DNA from: Pedosphaera sp. | GTDB taxonomy: Bacteria > Verrucomicrobiota > Verrucomicrobiia > Limisphaerales > SIBH01 | Assembly: GCA_031414955.1 (NCBI GenBank) | Contig: JANOQV010000257.1 | Location: 1 to 13,508 of the forward strand | Direction of reading: 5' to 3' | DNA: 13,508 bases | Shown: one piece after another, positions 1-6,310 of the stretch | Numbering within the stretch: position 1 is the stretch's first letter | Layout: every line of letters starts with the position of its first letter | The notes under the pieces: generated by a model | Seen by the model: the letters and a program-made list of their open reading frames with translations, nothing else | Database searches by the model: none | What the model was told of the DNA's origin: nothing | Translations under genes and position numbers: made by a program

Positions 1-138
1 GGGGCGGATGCTCGCGCGGCTCGCCTCGCTGCGCTCGAAAGTGGGTTCGACGGAGTCTCACCCCACCCGTGCGCCCAGCGGCGACGAGGAATTGGCGGTG
101 GTTTATTGGGCCGCAGTTTTAGCGTCATCTTCCGGGTG
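1..138. repeat. Direct repeat DR1 copy a (may extend beyond the left window edge)
   Basis: 10-138 aligns to 773-901 with 6 substitutions in 129 bp (positions 27, 72, 93, 108, 128, 130). 1-9 matches 755-763 with 1 substitution, and copy b has an extra 9 bp. Contains a REP-like hairpin GTGGGTTCGACGGAGTCTCACCCCACC. Confidence 0.95.
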
Positions 139-155
139 CCTCGCGCAGTCACGTT

Positions 156-184
156 TTGACTTCAAGGAACCAAACAAGCACAGT
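156..184 (+). promoter_or_regulatory. Putative sigma70 promoter of the TA operon
   Basis: TTGACT (156-161), 17-bp spacer, CACAGT (179-184), 9 bp before ATG 194. No Shine-Dalgarno, consistent with a nearly leaderless transcript. Confidence 0.5.
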
Positions 185-193
185 TCGGCACAA

Positions 194-400
194 ATGAGCG
201 CGCAAGAAGTCATTGAGCAATTCAAGCACCTGCCGCCAGGCGAGCGGGCGCAAGTCACCAAGTATGTCGTCGAACACGACGACTCATGGGTTCCCAAATC
301 GTTCAAGCAAGGCATGGCCGACGCGGAAGCCGGGCGCTTTGCAGACATGGAAACCGTTTTAAGCGGAGCGCCGCCGCCGTCCCGCAAAAATCGGAAATGA
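194..400 (+). CDS. Putative type II antitoxin (68 aa)
   Basis: MSAQEVIEQFKHLPPGERAQV...SFKQGMADAEAGRFADMETVL. Small protein directly upstream of a RelE-type toxin with an ATGA stop/start overlap at 397-400. The 'GMADAEAGR' segment is typical of RelE/ParE-partner antitoxins. The longer ORF from position 8 runs through repeat DNA. Confidence 0.8.
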   Translation: MSAQEVIEQFKHLPPGERAQVTKYVVEHDDSWVPKSFKQGMADAEAGRFADMETVLSGAPPPSRKNRK

Positions 401-672
401 ACTACCGGTTCAAGCCCACCGAAACTTTCTGGGCGAGCTTTTACGACCTCACTTCCAGCCAGAAAGAATCCGCCCGCCGCGCGTGGAAGTTTTTCAAACA
501 AGACCCGTTCGATCCCAGGCTGCGGACGCACAAAATCCACCGCCTCTCGAGCCTTTATGGCCGGACCATTTACGCGGTGGATGTGGAAGCCGACCTGCGT
601 GCGGTCTTCTACATTGATGGCGACTGCGTGGTGACCGTGGATATCGGCACGCACGACATCTACAAGGGTTGA
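397..672 (+). CDS. RelE/ParE-superfamily (YafQ/RelE-StbE-like) toxin, 91 aa
   Basis: MNYRFKPTETFWASF...DPFDPRLRTHKI...DLRAVF...VDIGTHDIY. Size, the LRTHK motif and the C-terminal IGTHD motif match ribosome-dependent mRNA interferases. Translationally coupled to the antitoxin. Confidence 0.88.
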   Translation: MNYRFKPTETFWASFYDLTSSQKESARRAWKFFKQDPFDPRLRTHKIHRLSSLYGRTIYAVDVEADLRAVFYIDGDCVVTVDIGTHDIYKG

Positions 673-754
673 AATTCGCGATGCGGCGTCGAACCGGCAC
701 GGCCGACGCAGGAGGCGCGGGCCACGCGAGCATTTCAGGCGCAACTGGCGGTCA

Positions 755-901
755 GGGGAGGATGCTCGGGCGGCTCGCGCGGCTCGCCTGGCTGCGCTCG
801 AAAGTGGGTTCGACGGAGTCTCACCCCACCCGTGTGCCCAGCGGCGACGAGGAATGGGCGGTGGTTTATTTGGCCGCAGTTTTAGCGTCACCCTCCGGGT
901 G
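755..901. repeat. Direct repeat DR1 copy b
   Basis: Diverged copy of 1-138 with a 9-bp insertion near 765-773. Identity ends after TCCGGGTG at 901. Confidence 0.95.
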
Positions 902-925
902 GAGGGAGCAGCGGCTGAATTGTCG

Positions 926-953
926 ATGTTAGAACTGAACCCTTTCCGCGCAA
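926..953 (-). promoter_or_regulatory. Putative leftward sigma70 promoter
   Basis: On the minus strand: TTGCGC (953-948), 16-bp spacer, TAACAT (931-926). Points into DR1b and antisense to the TA pair. Confidence 0.4.
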
Positions 954-1034
954 GTCAAGGGACTGAAACCAGCAGCGCTGACGCATCTTAAGAAAGCTTG
1001 CTCCTGATCGGGGTCTGACCATTTGATCACGAGA

Positions 1035-2039
1035 ATGGCCAAGCAACCCAAACAACCAAACAACCGCAGGCTCCGCACGACTGCTCCAGCAGGATCGAAA
1101 AACGGACTCGCAGTTGACGATGATTTGGACGCGGTTCCTGTAGCGACTTCCGCTTTCATCCTTGGTGAAAACGGCTCCATTGAGGCGTCCGACAATGCTC
1201 CGTCCGGAGAGCAGACGAAGTCCGCGCCGTCTTCACCACCCAATCTTGCCTACCACGACGACTCCCGTGGCGTGTGGCTCTATCAGGGCAACTGCCTCGA
1301 ACTTCTCGACGCCATAGCCGCGAAGTATCCTGAAGGCCGTTTCGACTGCATCTTTGCTGATCCACCCTACTTTCTGTCCAACGGAGGCATTACCTGCCAT
1401 GCCGGAAAGATGGTGAAGGTGGACAAGGGCAATTGGGATAAATCGCGCGGGCCTGAACTGAATCACGAGTTTAATCTCGAATGGCTCCGCCGCTGCCAGC
1501 GCGTGCTCAAGCCCAACGGCACCATCTGGGTCAGCGGCACACTCCACGTCATCTTCTCCATCGGCTACGCGATGCAGCAATTGGGTTTCAAAATCCTGAA
1601 TGACATCACATGGGAAAAACCCAACCCTCCGCCCAATCTGTCCTGCCGCTACTTCACTCACTCCACCGAGACCGTGCTTTGGGCGGCCAAGAACGAGAAG
1701 AGCAAACACCGATTCAACTACGATCTCATGCGCCAGACCAACGGGGGCAAGCAGATGAAAACGGTGTGGACCATGACCGCCCCCGGCAGTGGCGAGAAGA
1801 CGCACGGCAAACATCCGACCCAAAAGCCAGTCACGCTCGTTGAACGCTGCATCCTTGCATCCACGAACAAAGGCGATCTTGTCCTAGATCCCTTTCTCGG
1901 CGGCGGAACCACCGCCATAGCCGCGCTGCGTTCGGGCCGCAAATGCGTCGGGATCGAAGCTGACGAGGCGCATGTGAAGCTCTGCACGCGGCGCATCAAA
2001 GGTGAAAACGGCAAGGGAGAAGGAGAACTGTTCCGATGA
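1035..2039 (+). CDS. dpnA: Beta-class amino (N6-adenine/N4-cytosine) DNA methyltransferase, DpnA-like, probably GATC-specific
   Basis: Catalytic IFADPPY precedes SAM-binding LDPFLGGGTT (beta order), with HPTQKP. The segments DPPYFLSNGGITCHAGKMVKVDKGNWDK and WEKPNPPPNLSCRYFTHSTET closely resemble DpnA of DpnII-type systems. ATG 1035 preferred over TTG 1023. Specificity is inferred from family. Confidence 0.9.
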   Translation: MAKQPKQPNNRRLRTTAPAGSKNGLAVDDDLDAVPVATSAFILGENGSIEASDNAPSGEQTKSAPSSPPNLAYHDDSRGVWLYQGNCLELLDAIAAKYPEGRFDCIFADPPYFLSNGGITCHAGKMVKVDKGNWDKSRGPELNHEFNLEWLRRCQRVLKPNGTIWVSGTLHVIFSIGYAMQQLGFKILNDITWEKPNPPPNLSCRYFTHSTETVLWAAKNEKSKHRFNYDLMRQTNGGKQMKTVWTMTAPGSGEKTHGKHPTQKPVTLVERCILASTNKGDLVLDPFLGGGTTAIAALRSGRKCVGIEADEAHVKLCTRRIKGENGKGEGELFR

Positions 2040-2566
2040 GGGAAGGCGGGATTGGTGGTGGAACGACCCTGACCGGGTTGAACTTTGAGAGGGAAGTTGA
2101 TTTTCAAGAACTCCTCTCGGCCAAGCCAGGTTACGAGGTCAAGTCTGTCGGTTACAAAGCGGGCAAGACTGTTTTTTTCCAGGGCCAGCCCGTGGCGCGC
2201 TGTTTCCGCAAGCATGACTTCTACAAGTTCCTCGAAGAGAGTGGCATTGATTGGAGGCCAATCATTTCAAAAAAGCTGCTTCCGGATGATGCGTTGGTCG
2301 TTCGCGAAACGCTTTTCATTATCGAAGTGAAGTATCAGCAGGTCGCGGGTTCGGTGGATGAAAAGCTCCAGACGTGTGACTTCAAGCGGAAGCAATACCT
2401 CAAGCTGGTCGCGGCGCTCGCCTTGCGAGTCGAATACGTTTACGTCCTGAACGACTGGTTCAGAGATCCGAATTACAAAGATGTGCTGGAATACATCCAG
2501 AGCGTTGATTGCCACTACAAGTTTGGTTTGCTACCGCTCGCATGGCTTGGTCTCCCTGAATCTTAA
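2036..2566 (+). CDS. PD-(D/E)xK nuclease, putative type II restriction endonuclease (176 aa)
   Basis: ATGA overlap with the MTase. N-terminal TGLNFE helix, PD-x12-EVK catalytic motif (LLPDDALVVRETLFIIEVK), followed by QQVAGSVDEKL. Confidence 0.82.
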   Translation: MREGGIGGGTTLTGLNFEREVDFQELLSAKPGYEVKSVGYKAGKTVFFQGQPVARCFRKHDFYKFLEESGIDWRPIISKKLLPDDALVVRETLFIIEVKYQQVAGSVDEKLQTCDFKRKQYLKLVAALALRVEYVYVLNDWFRDPNYKDVLEYIQSVDCHYKFGLLPLAWLGLPES

Positions 2567-2575
2567 CAAACGGCA

Positions 2576-3115
2576 ATGGCAAAAATTAAAAACCACACAC
2601 TCAAAGAATACACCCTGCAAGCAACCAACCGCGCGCTGGTTCGCGCGGAGGTGTTCAAGCTCTGGATTGAGGAATCGCCAGGCACGTCTGAGATCACCAA
2701 CACATACCGTTACAATGTCGAGCGACTTTCGGATGGCTCGGTGATCTACCTCAACCGCCCGACGCGACTGAACAAAGGCGCAGATTTCGTCATTTGTTGC
2801 GAGGGGTTCACCAAGTTCAAAAACGGAAACGACAAGCCACCGAGTCACCGAGATATTTTCTCAGAAGTCCAGGAACTGGCGCACTCTGAAGAAAGGAAGT
2901 CCGAATTGCTGGCTGCTCTGGATCGTATTTGGAACTGCGAGGCCAGCGCGACGGTGATAGGATCTCTCAAGGCATTTAAGGGCAACGCACGGGCCGAGAG
3001 AGTGCTCCTGCTCGCGAAATGGTTTTTCATCGAACAGGACGTAACGTATTGGACAGACAGCGGAAGGCATATGCTGCGTAGCGGGTTTGAGAGCCAATTT
3101 GGTCCATTATCGTAG
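2576..3115 (+). CDS. Hypothetical protein (179 aa), third gene of the R-M operon
   Basis: Starts 9 bp after the nuclease stop on the same strand, with the same relatively AT-rich codon style and a globular-looking sequence (YLNRPTRLNKGADF, PPSH, KWFFIEQDVTYWTDSGRHML). No function recognisable. Confidence 0.85.
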   Translation: MAKIKNHTLKEYTLQATNRALVRAEVFKLWIEESPGTSEITNTYRYNVERLSDGSVIYLNRPTRLNKGADFVICCEGFTKFKNGNDKPPSHRDIFSEVQELAHSEERKSELLAALDRIWNCEASATVIGSLKAFKGNARAERVLLLAKWFFIEQDVTYWTDSGRHMLRSGFESQFGPLS

Positions 3116-3186
3116 TCATTCGCGTTGGGGATCCGCACCGGACTGAATCCAGCCCATAAGCGCGCAAGACAACTGGTTTGCTACAG

Positions 3187-3320
3187 CTACGGCGCAATGA
3201 GCGCCGCGTCCCAATCCTTCCACACCGGCTCGTAGCCGAGGCGCGCGATGACGGCGGCGATTTCTTCGGGTGAGCGGTCGTCGGAAATCTCGAACTGGCC
3301 GGTGGCGCGGCGGGTGGACC
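3187..3320 (-). pseudogene. thiH: Duplicated 3' end of thiH (direct repeat DR2 copy a)
   Basis: 3199-3320 matches 4911-5032 at 118/122 bp. Encodes STRRATGQFEISDDRSPEEIAAVIARLGYEPVWKDWDAALIAP*, with the stop at the same offset as the main copy. Confidence 0.92.
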
Positions 3321-3374
3321 GGTCAAAGACGGGCCAGAGCCTGTCATGCACTTTGAACGTCACCGAAGCGGCGG

Positions 3375-3571
3375 AGGGCCAAAGGCCCGCATCCATTCCA
3401 GCCTGGGGCCACGCCCCAGGAAAATCCCCGCGCCCAGCGTGAGGGCTGAAAGCCCGGCTCATGCCTTGGCGTGGCAGTTGATGATGGGCCGGGCTTTCAG
3501 CCCTGTTGACTGGTCATCGTCCCTGTCCTGGGGCGTGGCCCCAGGCTGGGATGAATTGCACCTTTGGTGCT
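3375..3571. repeat. ~197-bp composite imperfect palindrome (REP/BIME- or MITE-like)
   Basis: Nested inverted arms: 3398-3421 vs 3526-3549 (24/24), 3442-3462 vs 3484-3504 (20/21), 3375-3385 vs 3561-3571 (9/11). The inner arms are themselves small hairpins. Confidence 0.9.
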
Positions 3572-3613
3572 CCCTTCAGCGCGTGCGTGCCAATTGCAGG
3601 ACAGGCTCTAGGG

Positions 3614-4801
3614 TCATTGCAGCCAGTGCGCCGCCGGTTGGGAGAGGAACTCTTCCAGAGCGACGCCCTGTCCGCCGACGAGCAATTGTCGCGTGGGCTT
3701 GAACAGCCGGACGAAGGCCTCCAGGCCGGGCAGCATTTCGCGGCGACCACCGCTTTTCACTTCAATGGCCACGGTCGTTTTTCCCTGCTGCAAAACGAAA
3801 TCCACTTCATGGTTTCGCTCGCGCCAGTAGGTGACGCTGATGTTCGTTCCGAAACTCGAATTGACCAGATGAGCGCCGACGCAGGACTCGACCAGCCGGC
3901 CCCAATGATTGCCGTCCTGCCGCGCCTCGGTCAGCGAACGGTGGTCCTGCGCGGTCATCAGGGCGGTGTTGAGCACTTGTAGTTTCGGACTGGAACCGCG
4001 CTGGCGCACCTGGCCGCTCGAATACTTGGACAGCCCGGCCAGCATCCCCGCGCCTTGCAGCAATTCCAAGTAGTGGGCGAGGGTGGTGGTGTTTCCGGCG
4101 TCGGCAAGCTGGCCCATCATTTTCTGATAGGAGAGAATTTGCCCGGAATAGGCGCAACCGAGTTGGAACAGGCGGCGGAGCAAGGCCGGTTTGTCCACGC
4201 GCGTCAAAAGCAGGATGTCCCGCGAAATCGTGGTCTCAATCAGCGAATCCAGAATGTAGCGTCGCCAGCGTTCCGGGTCGTCAATCAACTCGGCGGCACC
4301 GGGATAGGCACCGTAGAAAAAGTATTGCTCCAGATTCCAGCCAAACGCCTCACGCATTTCGGTGAACGACCAGTGCGGGACGGGAATTACTTCAAATCGT
4401 CCGGCCAGACTTTCGGTCAGGCCGCTCTGAATCAGGAGCGGCGATGAACCGAGCAAGACCACTTTCAGGGGAACGCCGGAATGCGTGTCCGCATCCCAAA
4501 GCAATTTTACCCGGCTCGACCAGCCGGTGACTTTCTGAATTTCGTCGAGGATCAGCAACGCGCCGGTCTTTCCTTCCCTGGCCTTGAGGCGGGCCATGTC
4601 CCATTGCTGCTCCAGCCAGGTGCGGTCGCGCAAAGTCGGCTCATCGGCGGAAGCATAGTGGGCGGGAATTTTTGCCGCCTCCATGACCTGCCGGACGACG
4701 GTGGTTTTGCCCACTTGCCGTGGGCCGGCCAAGACCTGCACAAAGCGGCGTTTTTCGTGGAGCCGCTTCAACAGTTCGGCGTGGATGGTCTGGCGTATCA
4801 T
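3614..4801 (-). CDS. AAA+ ATPase, AAA_14 + DUF4143 (COG1373-type), with C-terminal PD-(D/E)xK-like motif, 395 aa
   Basis: Walker A GPRQVGKT, Walker B LILDEIQK, LLGSS and ESLAGR motifs, GAYP, and C-terminal YWR...EVDFV...AIEVKSG. Confidence 0.93.
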   Translation of the reverse strand: MIRQTIHAELLKRLHEKRRFVQVLAGPRQVGKTTVVRQVMEAAKIPAHYASADEPTLRDRTWLEQQWDMARLKAREGKTGALLILDEIQKVTGWSSRVKLLWDADTHSGVPLKVVLLGSSPLLIQSGLTESLAGRFEVIPVPHWSFTEMREAFGWNLEQYFFYGAYPGAAELIDDPERWRRYILDSLIETTISRDILLLTRVDKPALLRRLFQLGCAYSGQILSYQKMMGQLADAGNTTTLAHYLELLQGAGMLAGLSKYSSGQVRQRGSSPKLQVLNTALMTAQDHRSLTEARQDGNHWGRLVESCVGAHLVNSSFGTNISVTYWRERNHEVDFVLQQGKTTVAIEVKSGGRREMLPGLEAFVRLFKPTRQLLVGGQGVALEEFLSQPAAHWLQ

Positions 4802-4806
4802 ACGGA

Positions 4807-4835
4807 TTACTCAATGCACTGAGTAAATTTACTCA
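4807..4835. promoter_or_regulatory. Operator-like palindromic array upstream of the ATPase gene
   Basis: TTACTCA (4807-4813), 6 bp, TGAGTAA (4820-4826), plus a perfect 16-bp palindrome TGAGTAAATTTACTCA (4820-4835). Lies 5 bp upstream of the minus-strand ATG. Confidence 0.6.
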
Positions 4836-4898
4836 AGAGGGCCGGGGCAGACAATTGGTTTAATGGGGAAGCCTTGAAAGAGCGATTCACGTCGGCTG

Positions 4899-5579
4899 CT
4901 ACGTGGTCACGAGCGCCGCATCCCAATCCTTCCACACCGGTTCGTAGCCGAGGCGCGCGATGACGGCGGCGATTTCTTCGGGCGAGCGGTCGTCGGAAAT
5001 CTCGAACTGGCCGGTCGCGCGGCGGGTGGACCATTCGCTCGCGCCGGGCGTGAGTTCGACCATTCGCCCGCGTTCGGTGAGGTGCAGCTTTTCTTTCCCC
5101 GCGCCGGTGTAGCCGCCGGGTTCGGTGTGGCTGCCGGCGCTCATCATGGTGACGCCGAGCGGGATCAATCCGTCGCGGAGCTTGGCCGGTTCGCGCGTGG
5201 AGAGGACGAGACCGACATCGGGGAGAAAGAGCCGGAGCGCGCAGATGAGTTGCACGAGATGGCGGTCGCTCAGTTCGGTGAGCGGCTGGAAGTCGCCCGC
5301 GCACGGACGCAGGCGCGGGAGCGAGAGGGTGACTTGCGCCTTCCAGCAGTGCCGGAGCAAATGCGCGGCGTGCGCGGCCACGGCGAGCGCTTCGCTGCGC
5401 CAATCCGCGAGACCGAAGAGCGCGCCGATGCCGAGGCGGCGGAAGCCGGCGGCGTAGGCGCGTTCGGCGGTTTCGAGCCGCCAGTCGAAGTCGCGCTTCA
5501 GCCCGGCGGTGTGCATCTCGGCGTAGAGATTGCGGTCGTAAGTTTCCTGATAGACGACGAGGCCGTCGGAGCCGGCGGC
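4899..5579 (-). pseudogene. thiH: 5'-truncated 2-iminoacetate synthase ThiH (radical SAM, C-terminal BATS region); its last 134 bp are DR2 copy b
   Basis: Reads AAGSDGLVVYQETYDRNLYAEMH...GIGALFGLADWR...SLPRLRP...LSTRE...MSAGSHTEPGGY...GQFEISDDRS...GYEPVWKDWD, the characteristic ThiH C-terminal part. Similarity stops at ~5580, there is an in-frame stop at 5679-5681, and no CxxxCxxC motif is present. Confidence 0.88.
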
Positions 5580-5697
5580 GGGGCTGGTGTGTTGAGCGCT
5601 CCTCCTTCCGAAGCTTTCGTCCGATTCATGGTTCGCAGAGTTCCAAAGTTCATTCTCGGCAGGATGTGTAATGCTGTGCTACGCCATCGCCTTCTGG

Positions 5698-6195
5698 ATG
5701 AACAAATGGCTCCTGATGTTGGTGATGGTGCTGGGCATCGGTTGCGCCTCGACTCCGCGCGGGGTTCTGCCCCGTCCCTCGGTCGCCCATCCAACCAACG
5801 CGCTCGTGACCCAACGCGGCGTGCTGACCGCGCGGGGGAAGCAGTTCACGCTCAACGGCTATCTTTCCCTGAGCGAACAGGGGGGGATGCGTCTGATCGT
5901 GACCGAGAATTTCGGCAACTTGCTGGCCGACGTGCTGGTGCAGACGAATGGCGCGGTGCATGTGATGCGGTCGAGCGCGGCTTTCCGTCCCGTCTGGATC
6001 GAGCGTTACATGGCGGCGGACTTGAAGTGCCTGTTTGGGAAGGAACCGTCGTCGGCTTGTCGAGTCGCGGTACTCAGCCCGACGCACTTCATCATCAAAC
6101 GCTTCTGGTACTCGCTCGATTTGCACATCGTGGACATCAAGCCCGGTCCGCAGCCGGCGGCGACGTTCGAGGTCCCGCCGAAGAAAACGCCATGA
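5698..6195 (+). CDS. Putative lipoprotein, possibly DUF3261-like, as found in aryl polyene/flexirubin-type clusters
   Basis: MNKWLLMLVMVLGIGC: signal peptide with lipobox Cys, followed by a beta-rich body. First gene of a lipid operon. Alternative start 5671. The DUF assignment is tentative. Confidence 0.7.
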   Translation: MNKWLLMLVMVLGIGCASTPRGVLPRPSVAHPTNALVTQRGVLTARGKQFTLNGYLSLSEQGGMRLIVTENFGNLLADVLVQTNGAVHVMRSSAAFRPVWIERYMAADLKCLFGKEPSSACRVAVLSPTHFIIKRFWYSLDLHIVDIKPGPQPAATFEVPPKKTP

Positions 6196-6225
6196 TTACA
6201 AACAGCCGCCCGGACGGCCCGCAGA

Positions 6226-6296
6226 TGGAGCGCCGAGCATGGTTCGGCTGGCCGCGAGCTGATTTTACGTGGAGCCGACCAATTCTCGGCGCTCCA
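6226..6296. repeat. Inverted REP doublet (REPIN-like)
   Basis: TGGAGCGCCGAG-n6-TCGGCT at 6226-6249 and its reverse complement at 6273-6296, differing only in the loop. Each unit is GGAG followed by a GCCGA/TCGGC hairpin. Confidence 0.8.
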
Positions 6297-6310
6297 AGCC
6301 GGGTGGCGGT

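Noticed and set aside
8..193. N-terminal extension of ORF 8-400 and ORF 669-932 as proteins
   Set aside because: Both translate repeat DNA, and the differences between copies are non-synonymous in this frame.
1..901. CRISPR array or IS ends
   Set aside because: Only two long direct copies, with no regular repeat-spacer pattern, terminal inverted repeats or transposase.
860..920. c-di-GMP-I riboswitch-like string on the minus strand (GTGACGCTAAAACTGCGGCC)
   Set aside because: Lacks the upstream GGCAAAC and GNRA tetraloop stem, so the resemblance is too loose without a covariance search.
673..935. Integron attC site after the TA pair (GTTAGAA at 928-934; also TCTTAACAAACGGC near 2561)
   Set aside because: No complementary R''/R' pair with L boxes could be built, no integrase is present, and the next gene starts immediately after the 2561 motif.
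2576..3115. ORF3 as Vsr, C-protein or PabI-type glycosylase
   Set aside because: No Vsr FxHGCFWH motif, no HTH pattern, and no recognisable similarity to PabI as I remember it.
4899..5579. HydG instead of ThiH
   Set aside because: The C-terminus ends in the ThiH-type GQFEISDDRS...PVWKDWD and lacks the HydG C-terminal cysteine-containing extension.
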